Assembly: GCA_022605425.2 (NCBI GenBank)
Contig: JAKIMF020000004.1
Coordinates: forward strand, 496,001 to 560,000
Length of the DNA: 64,000 nucleotides
Source of the DNA: Hamiltosporidium tvaerminnensis FI-OER-3-3
Taxonomy: Eukaryota; Fungi; Microsporidia
Direction of reading: 5' to 3'
Both the position numbers and the translations under genes were made by a program. This document shows positions 11,971 through 22,382 of this stretch, in pieces. The notes under the pieces were generated by a model. The model searched no databases. It worked only from the letters and a program-made list of their open reading frames with translations, and was not told the DNA's origin. How positions within the stretch are numbered: the stretch's first letter is position 1; each line of letters opens with the position of its first letter.

Positions 11971-12870
11971 ATGCGCATCGACAATATAATAATCTTGATT
12001 TTTTTTACTATTCCATCTGAAGTTTTAAAATCAATTTTATACTTGACAAATATCGGCATTGAATACAATTTGATTACGAAAATTATGAAATTTATAGACA
12101 TTTTTCTCTGTTATATTTTAAATCCAGTTGTAAAAGTAATAATATTTGCCGTCCGAATACATTGTTTTTTTATATTACAAACCAAGGAAATAATTAAAGT
12201 TATCATCCTGTTTTTGTATAAAAAATATTTGCTGCCTATTTTTGTTCTGGGAGGTCTCGAATGTAGAAATAGATCCATTAGTTATTCACTTTGGCAAAGA
12301 TATTATAAAATATTTGCTATGACAACATATAAAATACATATATTTATTGAAAATTTTGTATTCCAAATTCGAAGAAATATATGTTTTAAAGACATATGTA
12401 CATATCTTGGATTTCCACTCAATTTAGAATCTGTTGATATGGTTGCAGAATTAGAAAGACCTAGCCTAATTCAGGATGTTGAGACTAAGGGCATTTTAAA
12501 GCCTAAAACCTGTGTCGAAAAGGAAAACTCTCATATTTATAATGAAGCAAATGATATTCCTAAAAAAAATTACAACGCGATATTGAAAAATCAAAAACAG
12601 ATACAGAAAACTGTAAAAATCGAAGAAATCACAATAAATAATAATGAAATCGTAGATAAAGAAAAAAAATTTAGTAGCGGGCCAAACGAAAAAATATCAA
12701 CAGTGCCGCTTCTTACTGTACACGATTTGAACAGTTCGAATGTTAACACATTAAAAAAAATACAAGCTGCTCGAAATCGAGGGGATATAACATCCATGTC
12801 AACATCTGAAATACTTGCGTTCAACATCGTCGATGGTATTTTCGACGGTGTTTCTTTTTTAGACGAATAA
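11971..12870 (+). CDS. Hypothetical protein 'family B' (299 aa), paralog of the 290-aa gene
   Basis: Intact ORF in all three cassettes, with motifs shared with gene A. Confidence 0.85.
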   Translation: MRIDNIIILIFFTIPSEVLKSILYLTNIGIEYNLITKIMKFIDIFLCYILNPVVKVIIFAVRIHCFFILQTKEIIKVIILFLYKKYLLPIFVLGGLECRNRSISYSLWQRYYKIFAMTTYKIHIFIENFVFQIRRNICFKDICTYLGFPLNLESVDMVAELERPSLIQDVETKGILKPKTCVEKENSHIYNEANDIPKKNYNAILKNQKQIQKTVKIEEITINNNEIVDKEKKFSSGPNEKISTVPLLTVHDLNSSNVNTLKKIQAARNRGDITSMSTSEILAFNIVDGIFDGVSFLDE

Positions 12871-13639
12871 ATTATAAATTTTTTGTCATTTATTTTTAAA
12901 TTAAATTACAAAAGAATCAAAAATAATAAAAACATTTTATAATTAATTTTTTTTTGTTTTTTGTCTAATAATTTATGTTTAAATACAAAAATATAAATAG
13001 CGAATTCGAAGTTTAATTTTATACAATCTTTTAACAAGGGAATACTTATTTGAAGTAATCAAAAAATTTATGAAAAGCAAAAAAATAGTACTAATAAAAC
13101 ATAGAATTTAAATAATAAAAGTAGTTTTGTAAACAAAATAAAACAATCCTTTTATAGTGGTGTTTGTATGCTAATCGAATCTCTCCCTCTAATAAATCAC
13201 TTTTAAACTCAAGAAATATAATTTATAATCGAGCATTATAACATTGGTTTTTCTATTTAATTACCGTTTCTGTAAAATAAGATAAGAGTAAATATATGTT
13301 CTATTATGAATAAGCTTATTTTCAATGGGAAAATTTATAACAATATTATTAAAATGCTAAAAATACTTATATGTCTCTTTTCTATACGCTTTATAAATCA
13401 CTATATCAATTATTCTATATTTGACACAAAACTTGACTTTTCATTAGTAACTTCTGCTTTGAATATATCATTGGAATTTTTAGATTCTGTATTTATTTAT
13501 TATTTGGAATCTTTTTTTTGGCCAAATATTTTATGAAAGAGAGAGCAAAACTTAGTATGTTTTTCTATCTTTTGCCTGCTTCGAATCTACATTTAGTAAT
13601 ATCAAAGAAGTTAGTTAGATGTTTATAGTTGCTGTTCTG

Positions 13640-14760
13640 AATTAGAAGAAATGATATGCAAGATTTTAAGCGACCATCAACTCTATCAAGCCTATATAGT
13701 TATTTATATTTCACTTCGTAAGTTTTTTCTTATAATATTATGCAATCATATCATCCCGAGATTTGATTAAACAAGAGTTCTACTTCAAAATTTATAGAAG
13801 AATCATAAAAACTTTAATTTCTTTGTTTTTAATGTTTGAAATAATTAAGTAAAAATCAAAATAACAAAAAGGTGTCTTTCTAGAATTAACTTAACAATCC
13901 AAATATATATGATTTTGTATCCTGGCTTTTTAAATCTGTTTTTTATTAGTTTCGTTTTTTCCGCATACTTTTTTTTGAAAAGCCAGGCTCTGTGTGAACT
14001 TATTCGTTTTGCAAAAATTAAATTTTATTTATTTTTTGGTGTGAAATAAACACAGAGAGCTCTTCGTTCCACCTTCTGTACATATAGATGTATTTTTTTC
14101 AAACTTGGAGTCAAAATTTTATAACATTACTTGATTTATTATTTTATTGAGATATTTTTTCTGATTTGTATAACACATATCTTTTTAGATTATTAAAATA
14201 CTGCTTCATCTCATATTTAATTTTTAATGTCCTGTCGTATTTCAGATAGCCTTAATATAACGCTGGTTAATGGCATTTGCCTTTATTTATCTTTGAATGT
14301 AATTTTTGATTGTCTATTTCGTCATATAAATTTTTTATTTAAGCGTTTTAAATTTGATCTAATAAAAATCTCTAATATAATATATTTGACCAGTTTAACG
14401 TTTATTATTGAGGCTAGATATCCTTATTACTATTAATTATTTTTAAGGTTGTCTTTTTAAGTCGAAATTCAACACATTCTTCCAAAAATGTAAGAAACAA
14501 GACCTTAGGTCGACTTTAAAGGCAAAAATACAGCAGTTTATTTCCAGATTCTGTTCTACCTAAGCTTTATTCGTTGTTATACAAGTGATTTTTTTTAATT
14601 ATAAAAAAAATGCATTTCTTAATGACATTCCAGCAACTTTCTTAGCTACATCTAAAAAAATCAGAAGTTTTTTTATTACACACTCTATAATCTTTTGAAG
14701 TATGAAGATTTATTGAGTTAGAAAACAAGTTTAAAAATTATAGCAAGAATATTCGGATAT
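13640..14760 (-). mobile_element. Ancient degenerate 3' fragment of an R4/Dong-like LINE related to the junction elements
   Basis: Broken-frame peptides LGRTESG, VDLRS, KNLYDEIDNQKLHSK, DEAVF, YRRWNE, AKRISSH, IKTDLK are collinear with LPRTELG, VELRS, KLYNEIEKRKLHSK, NEAVF, YTRRHNE, SKRIRSH, IKTDVK of the junction LINEs. Confidence 0.8.
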
Positions 14761-14817
14761 TTTCTTGAAAAAAACACGATTACAGCAGTATTGTTTTAAA
14801 TAAAAAATCATAAAAAG

Positions 14818-14963
14818 TTTTCTTCTCAAAAGAGACAATTTGATAGAAATATCAAATTTAAATAAAATTTAAAACAATTCTACCTAGCTATTTTCTTCTA
14901 CAAAAGAGAAAATTTGATAGAAATATCAAATGTAAATAAAATTTAAAACAATTCTACCTAACA
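14818..14963. repeat. ~72-bp tandem duplication private to cassette 1
   Basis: TTTTCTTCT(A)CAAAAGAGA.AATTTGATAGAAATATCAAAT.TAAATAAAATTTAAAACAATTCTACCTA twice; single in cassettes 2 and 3. Confidence 0.85.
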
Positions 14964-15245
14964 ATTTTCTTTCTAAAAAAGAGAGCAACCGTATTTCAGC
15001 TCATCAAAATATTAAAAAAGATAATTTAATTAGAAATACGAGAATAATTGCGTAAATTTAGAAAATAGTACCGAAGAAATCGATTCGAGATTCTACATCA
15101 TAAAAAATTAATTAAAATTACAATATTTAAAATATATTATATTTGATCAAATAATAAAATAAAAACTGATTGAAATGAATAATTAGAATATTTAAATAAT
15201 TGTTTAATATTCAACTATTGAGATATAATTATAGAAATAGAATAT

Positions 15246-17639
15246 TTATATAACAATTTGGTAATTGTCTCTTTCCTTTTTTATCAAATATCCTTGATGG
15301 TTTAATAATTCTATAATCTCCTGTGAGCTTTTTTTCATTTCGAAATTGTTCAATTCATTTATTAATTCCATATAACTTAAAACGGTTTTTTTTGTATTAA
15401 TTGCTAGATTTTTTAGATGCGTTATAATATCTTTAACATTATTTACTTTCTTTTTACTTGTATTTGTGGTATTTTTAGAAGAAAAATTCATACTTTTTTT
15501 GTAAAAATTTATAATAAATTCTGCATCTTTTTGATTTGCAATCATTCTTAATTCTGTTTTGGCCTTTGCTTCTGTAAGTCGCATTAAAGCTTCCAAATGT
15601 CTTATTCCGACATTTTCTTTGTTTCTTATACTCAAATAAAAAGTTTTTAAAATATTTTTTGCTTGTGTTGAAAGAATTGGATTTACGTATTCTCTAGCAT
15701 AAGAAATATATTTAGAAATAAGTTCTTTTTGATACAACACTGTTTCTGCATTCATTTTTAGATTTTGTGTTATATCATTTCTTAATATTCCAATCATTTC
15801 AGATATTTTATTATCAGATCTTTCCGTTGAAATAGCTGAGGATGTTTTTTTTGAATCGTTATTTATGATGTATTTCGATAATTCTTGATTATAATTTTCA
15901 TCTAAATTATCTTTTAAAACAAATATTAAATCAAATCTTGATAAAAGAGCTTCATTAAAATTTAGATTTTCTTTCAACGTTTTATTTTCTTTGAAAAATC
16001 CATATTTTGGATTCGTAGCACTTATTATTGTTGTGCGAGCCGGAACAGTACATATTACTCCTCCTTTGGCTATTGTAAAAGACTGTTGCTCCATTATTTC
16101 ATATAAAACTTTAAAATCATTTAATTTATCGAATTCATCAAGGCAACACACACTATTATCAGAAATTACCAAAGCACCTGCATCTACCACATATTCAGAT
16201 GTAATAGGATCATGTATCATGGAAACTGTCAGACCAGCACTTGTTGTAGAACTACCGCATATAAAAGTACTTTTTGGAAGAATTTCGGATGTCAAAGTTA
16301 AAAATTTACTTTTTCCAAGTCCAGGTTCTCCTATCAATAACACATGTATTTCTTTTCTAATACAAGTATTTCCACAAAATTTTTTTGTACCTCCAAATAA
16401 ACTCAAAACGATTCCAATTTTAATCAATTCATTTCCATAAATATTTTTAAATAAAGAATGTGCCAGTGAACAAATTATATTTTTATTTCTCGAAATATCT
16501 TTAAAGACGTTGAAATCAGAATCTTTGGTTTCTTTTTTCAGATTTAAAATGTTTTTATTTTTCAATATTTTTAAATTATTTACGTAAATATTTAATTTAT
16601 AAAGACCGTTACTTTCTTTTTCAGCTTTAATTATTCCAATTACTGAAACTACATCTCCAGGAACTACCGTGTTTACTAAGTCATCAAATAAATAACAATC
16701 TGTCATATTCAATTTTTTTGTGTTTTCATAATCATTATCGATTTCTTTAAACCCGAAATCTTTATTTTTAAGTTCATTAGCACAATTTATATCAATTTTT
16801 TCTTTTGAATCTTCATTTGAATCATAATAATATTCACTACTATTCTCTTTATATTCTTCATCACACTTCAAATCAATACTTTGCTTTCTATTTTCATTTA
16901 TTTCATTAAATTCTTTGTTTTCGTTTATAGCAAATTTTTCTTTTGATTTTTCGTTTGTTTCTTTAAAATCCAAATCAAAATTTATTTCGCTATTTTCATC
17001 TGAAAAATCAAAAATATTTTCAAAATTACCACAATAATTCTGATAATTTGGTATTTCTTGGATTTTAATTTCTTGAAAATCTTTAATAAGCAGCTCGGGA
17101 TGATCATTTAAAAAGACAAATTTTTTAGATTTACAACCACCAACACATTTCTTTGGTGTTTTATACACATTAGACACAATTTTAATTTCAAGTATTTCTT
17201 TACATTTCAAACATTCAAAAAATACTTTTTTAAAAATAAGTTTTTTACATCCAACACGACACACAGTACCTATAAGACTAACAAGATGCTCTACCTTACT
17301 AACTGACACACCAAAAGAAGAAACAATATTATAATTTGTTATACGAATACCAACATACATCTTAATATCATATTCGTTATAAATTATTTCTGAAACAGCA
17401 CATGCAATACATTTTATTGTATTTTCTGGTTGCTCATAAATTTGATTTTTTGATATAATTTTTACTAAAAAACGCATGCTTATTTTGTAAATACCTCGCT
17501 CTTTTATTATAAGAATTTTGTTTGTTACATTATTTCTTAATGTTCGTATAAATTTAATAATTGTTTCATAATTTGTATTGAAAAATGTAATTTCATCTTT
17601 ATCAAAATATAAATCCCAAGATGAAATGTGCGGATGCAT
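15246..17639 (-). CDS. MCM8: DNA helicase MCM8 (copy 1, 797 aa)
   Basis: MCM motifs: C4 zinc finger, Walker A GEPGLGKS, Walker B CCLDEFDK, arginine finger LLSRFDL. MCM8-type segments: WDLYF, CGSSTTSAGLTV, IAKGGVICTVPART, C-terminal LNHQGYLIKK. The start is placed at the first ATG (17639), downstream of a CCC motif; the track's 17651 start is a TTG. Confidence 0.88.
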   Translation of the reverse strand: MHPHISSWDLYFDKDEITFFNTNYETIIKFIRTLRNNVTNKILIIKERGIYKISMRFLVKIISKNQIYEQPENTIKCIACAVSEIIYNEYDIKMYVGIRITNYNIVSSFGVSVSKVEHLVSLIGTVCRVGCKKLIFKKVFFECLKCKEILEIKIVSNVYKTPKKCVGGCKSKKFVFLNDHPELLIKDFQEIKIQEIPNYQNYCGNFENIFDFSDENSEINFDLDFKETNEKSKEKFAINENKEFNEINENRKQSIDLKCDEEYKENSSEYYYDSNEDSKEKIDINCANELKNKDFGFKEIDNDYENTKKLNMTDCYLFDDLVNTVVPGDVVSVIGIIKAEKESNGLYKLNIYVNNLKILKNKNILNLKKETKDSDFNVFKDISRNKNIICSLAHSLFKNIYGNELIKIGIVLSLFGGTKKFCGNTCIRKEIHVLLIGEPGLGKSKFLTLTSEILPKSTFICGSSTTSAGLTVSMIHDPITSEYVVDAGALVISDNSVCCLDEFDKLNDFKVLYEIMEQQSFTIAKGGVICTVPARTTIISATNPKYGFFKENKTLKENLNFNEALLSRFDLIFVLKDNLDENYNQELSKYIINNDSKKTSSAISTERSDNKISEMIGILRNDITQNLKMNAETVLYQKELISKYISYAREYVNPILSTQAKNILKTFYLSIRNKENVGIRHLEALMRLTEAKAKTELRMIANQKDAEFIINFYKKSMNFSSKNTTNTSKKKVNNVKDIITHLKNLAINTKKTVLSYMELINELNNFEMKKSSQEIIELLNHQGYLIKKERDNYQIVI

Positions 17640-17698
17640 TTTTTTATGCAAATCTAGGGTATATTTTTTTAAATGAAGTATTACTATTATTATGGTAT

Positions 17699-18430
17699 TT
17701 GTGGAGGGAGGATAACCACATAAAAAACTTTCTGCTTGGCAATGATTGTGTGAAACTGGTGTGAGATCATTGTTTGGATTTTTGGTGGGAATAAAACCAC
17801 ACTACATCTTCGGTTGTTCCATGGGAGTTGTTATTACGAGGAGAGGTCTAAGAAATGGAGAAACTTTTTCTACAAATTTATTTGTAGTTTTTTATGTAAC
17901 CAGATTGCAGACCGCAGCTGAACATGTAGGTAATTGCCATGTAAAAACATGGAAACCTAGCCTTGCTCACTCGGGTTAGAAGACTTAGCGCCTGGGAGAT
18001 ATAAAACAAAAAACCATATAAAGCCAGGAAAGCTAAGTAGCAGGTTATACCTGTTGGTATGACATTGCACTGTCTAGGTGGACCCCATGTAAATCTCTGA
18101 AATATATCTTAGCTAGAAGTTTATTGGGTTCAGAAAGTGTAGAGTAAGTGGGAATGCTGCATAGTCTTGGGGGAGCCCAGGGAGGGCCTCGGCCTTCGAT
18201 CACACTCCATGCAACGGACATTAACGAACTCCGGGCAACTGCCTCGCCTAGTAATTAGGTTCTACACACCTGGTAGATGAAAGGCTTTGGGACGTAGGTA
18301 TCGCAGGGGTTACCGATGGAGTGTTGGGGTAGCAGTCATTTATGTTAAACCTAGAACTGCGTTAATGTCATAAAAACAAATATAACACTTGCCACTGGTT
18401 TAAAAAAAGATGTGATACTTTTAAATAAAG
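17699..18430 (+). mobile_element. Young 732-bp non-coding SINE-like insertion with 14-bp target-site duplication (TSD)
   Basis: Absent from cassettes 2 and 3, which show the empty site. TATTATTATGGTAT is duplicated at 17685-17698 and 18431-18444. No terminal inverted repeats, elevated GC, many hairpins. Confidence 0.9.
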
Positions 18431-18604
18431 TATTATTATGGTATGAAGATTTAATTATGTTTAAAAATGTAGAATGTAAGTGTATTATTAAATGTTGTTT
18501 AAATGTTATTTAAATATTTTAATTTTTATTAAAAAAAATCTTTACTGATTCTTAAAAAATTTTTATTTATAAATATTTTAAGCAATTTAGATTGGATTTT
18601 TATT

Positions 18605-21600
18605 TTATTTAATAAAATTCTGGGTTAAAATATTTTTAACATTTTTATATGTTTTCTTCTACCTCTTTAACCACTATTGTCTCTTCTTCCAAATCCGACT
18701 CTTTATTTATGTTATTGGTCGGTTCCTCTAAAGTGGTTCCTCCTTGTGAAATAAAGGGTGCTTTATTTTTTGGTTTAAAATTTTTTGCACCATATTCCTC
18801 TCTACTCGCTTGTTTTAAAGCGAGTGTTGGTTCCTCATGCATCTCTGCTCTCATAATAACACCCATTGACGCTCTCTCCCAGCTCTCTTCGACATTTAGT
18901 CCTGACTCAAGTCCTCTTCGTCGATCAAAGGAAATTGTTTCGACTGTCTTCGTAAGTACTATAGACTGAATGTATGCCTCTACATTCATGGGTATTTCTA
19001 GTCTTTTAAGATGAGATTTATGGTATTTTGTCACAATACCGCCCCAGGTCATCACATAGGGGATTATCTCAACACTACACTTATAAATAAGACCCAACTC
19101 ATTGGCTAGCAGGTCATACTTCCTAAGTTTTTCAATTTCAACTATTTGAAGTGAATATTAGGAAGTGATTCCTACTTCAATGAGTGTTATCTTATTCTTC
19201 TTCTTATCTAAAATAAATATGTCGGGTCTGTTATTCCAAATTTTAACATCAGTTTTTATTCTGGTGTCTACTATTATCTCTGGATACTCATTATCAAGAA
19301 TTTCTTGAACTGAGTGACTCCTAATTCGTTTTGAAGACTTAAACTTATATCTATTGAAGAGAAATAAGTGTACGCATCTAACCACTTCATTATGCCGTCT
19401 GGTGTAGTCATGGTCTAGCATTTTTTCACATCGAGTTGCTAGATGATCTACTGTCTTACCAGACTTCCCGCAGTGTTGACACATACCATCTGCTCTCCAG
19501 AATACATTTCTATCCTGGATATAGCAGAACACAGCTTCATTTCGTAGCCTAATATTCCCTCTCTTTAGCCATCTTGAAGAGTCACTAACACTTACAAGCT
19601 CATTTTTTCTTGCATTATATAACTTTATATGGAGTTTTCGTTTTTCTATTTCGTTATATAGTTTTGCAAGTTGAGCTTCTTCTAAACTTTTCTTAGTGAC
19701 TTCTTCTACCAACCTGTACTTTACTTTTAAGAAGCCTTTTATTTGTGCAAGATGGGTTTTATTATTATTCTCCACCTTGAGGATTGCTGTTCGTCTAGTT
19801 GATATTTCTTTACTTTTTTCCAGACAATCCAAGAGTTGCAGAAGCATATGTTCGCTTCGCAACTCAACACTATCTAGGCCTCTTCCAAGTTCTGTTCTTG
19901 GAAGGTACAAACGCTCTTTACATCCTGGGCGGAGATGTATCTTATTCTTCACCAACACCGCACGCACTGCATCATCTAACTTAGAGAAGTCAGCCGGTTC
20001 AAGTCGAAGTACTCCTATGTGATAGTTGATTAACGATATCGCATGTTGATTGATTGCAGAAAATAAATTTTTTGCGTTTAATCTAGTGTGACAAAGTCTT
20101 TCAACTCTTAATATCAGTTTGCTCTGTACTTCTTCAAATGAGCTACGTGTTGGAATTCCTCTGCTATCTTCTATTATTCCTAAATATTTGTAAACACCAA
20201 CACCTTCTAGAAGAGTAGCAGTATCTTCACAACACTTATCATTTGTGGCTGACTTCTCTTTGTTAATCTCTAACCCAATCACCTCTAAAAATTCCTTTGC
20301 CTCGTCTGTCATAGCACTCAATGTCGAACTGTCTTTAGCGAGGAGCTTTAGATCATCAATAAACAAGAGATGATTAGTAGAATGGGATTCTGCATCTGTT
20401 TGTACTGTCACTTTTGTATATTTTTCATTAAGCTTTCGACTAAATGGATCCATACACAACACAAATAACAATGGTGACAAACTATCTCCTTGTAGAATCC
20501 CTCTATCAATCTTCTTGCTCATGATTTTTTCAGGCCCTACTGATATATCAATTTTCCATTTTGATATAATTACCTTAATAAATTTCAGGATCCAATCAGG
20601 TAAATTGAGATTTTCAATGTATTGAGTTAAATAAGCATGATCTATTGAATTATAAGCTTTTTTAACATCAATCCATGTTGCCTTAAGATTATTTCCATAC
20701 TCTTTATTTAAGGCAATATTCAGTAGAGCCTGCTCTTTCGCTCCCTGCACACCTCTTACCGCCCCTAATTGGTTCTCTGCAAGCAACCCTCGCCTTTCCA
20801 CTTCAATTTGAACGACTTTCGTTACACACTTTGTCGTTAACTTATAGAGGTTGGACATACAAGTGATTGGCCTGTAGTCAGAGCCTCTTTGTGGAATTTC
20901 TTTGGGTATCAAATAGGTAAGCCCGCAGTAAAACCAATCAGCTTGAGGTGTTCCTTCTAAACATATAACTTTCACAATATCATAAAGATATTTGTGTAGA
21001 GTTGTAAGTTTCTTAATAAAAAAATTGTAAATACCTTCAATTCCAGCAGCTTTCCAATTAGGAAGCCAATTAATGATATTTACAAATTCATCAAGTGAAG
21101 GAAACGTGGTCGGATGATTATCTGATACAAATGGAATCAAATAATCATCATACGTGACTGTGTCATCATTTTTGTTCCACATTGTAGACCAAAAACTCAC
21201 AATTTCATCACGACTAATCACATGCTCGGATTCCACACGCTCAGATAACCAGCGATAAAATCGACCTCGGAAAAGCTCAAACATACGATTCTCATTTCGG
21301 AATTGCTTCCTACTTTCATGCATCGTAATTTTTTTCTCGTACACATTCAAAGACTCATTCTTCTTAACTAAAGCCTCAGAAAGATCAGTTACGCTCCTCA
21401 AGTTTAAATTAAACCCTCGCATGATTTTTTTAAGGCTCTTCGTTTCCGAAGTGGAGAGCTTTTCCTGCTTACGAGCCTTCTCGAGAAGATCTTTGGAAAG
21501 TACTAACTTAGAAATTTTACTTTCTATGTTTTCCTTCCAAGCGGATCTAGGCTTTTCTTTGTGTGTTGCCTCGTCATAGCATACCTGGGCTGCCTGGATT

Positions 21601-22382
21601 ATCCGTACCACTGCAGTTATCGTCATCGGCACACAAGAATCAGCATACTCACCGATAATTCGATTAATAAGGTCCAAAACTTTACTGTCAACCAATTCAC
21701 TTGGAAGCTTTCGAGTTCGGACCATCACTTTTCCAATTTCCTTCTCCGAGATTTTACTCGAAAATTTATCTCTCAGGTTTATGTACTCCGTGGTGTCAGT
21801 CAGGGTGTTTGGCTCAGTGAGACAAGTGGTGATTCTACGTCGCTCTCCATTCTCTTCTTGCCTTATTTCCCTTTCTGCCTCATTTTGTGCGAGTTTTTTA
21901 AACGCATCGATATCTAGTGTGCAGCTAAATTTCTCATTATAGTACCTCAGAGTAGCAGGCCAGCCATTTCTGGGCATTCTCTCACACCTCTTTTGCACTG
22001 CTAGAATAGCAGATCTAGGCCATTCCTGTTCTACGACTGTGACAGAGTCAAGTATTGAGTGCAATATCATCAGTCGATTCCCTTCTAGAATGGCATCTGT
22101 ATTGAGGTTTGTCATGTCGTTGGCTGGTCCAAACGCAGTGGCATCAGTACTAGAAGACGAGGGTATGGTGTCAACCAAGCAGACTGGACTAGTCTGGCAA
22201 CTACTGCTTGGTGGTTGGTGGGTAGTGTCATGGAAGGTCGGTGGAGGTGGAAGTCTCTCGGATAACATTGCTACATCTACATCACACATTAAAATCTCTC
22301 CTGCGCTGTTCTCCAAGTTGTTTACAGCCTTTATTTTTTCATTTTTTATATTTTCGCTGTCTACTTTTTTCCTTCTACTCAT
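18605..22382 (-). mobile_element. Non-LTR retrotransposon, RLE type (R4/Dong-like), at the cassette 1/2 junction
   Basis: Boundaries come from comparison with the LINE-free outer cassette ends. The 3' UTR is ~40 nt, and the ATG directly abuts cassette 2. Confidence 0.92.
18645..22382 (-). pseudogene. RT-CCHC-RLE polyprotein (1245 codons) broken by one in-frame TAA at 19158-19160 in the endonuclease domain
   Basis: RT motifs: YRPITC, WIDVKKAY, RGILQGDSLSPLLF, LFIDDL, YKYLG. Zinc knuckle CQHC..H..C. RHN and RPD..IEVG (RLE). ORFs 19158..22382 and 18645..19097 are in the same frame, and copy 2 has CAA at the stop. Confidence 0.9.

Larger units (their letters stand above)
3639..18604. repeat. Tandem segmental duplication, cassette copy 1
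   Basis: Homology to copies 2 and 3 starts at TTTGATAAATTAAAAAATAAAT and ends at ...GATTGGATTTTTATT. Gene order is the same. Confidence 0.95.

Noticed and set aside
14227-14436. 69-101-aa + strand ORFs in each cassette
   Set aside because: Antisense to the fossil LINE, with variable starts.
15991-16440. 149-aa + strand ORF identical in all three cassettes
   Set aside because: Antisense shadow of the conserved MCM8 ATPase core.
17746-17979. 77-aa ORF in the insertion
   Set aside because: Non-ATG start, no motifs, and the older homologs show indels in this region; treated as non-coding.
17699-18430. Identification as a twister, HDV or hammerhead ribozyme, group I intron, or SRP RNA
   Set aside because: Only partial resemblances (GTGGAGGG start; AAGACT/AGTCTT P7-like pair; CCTCGC loop). 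The remaining core elements could not be placed, and a 14-bp TSD does not fit an intron.
3639-22382. 3' transduction of the cassette by the LINE
   Set aside because: It would need an ~18-kb transcript inserting exactly at its own endpoint, plus a source LINE at the right boundary, which is absent.
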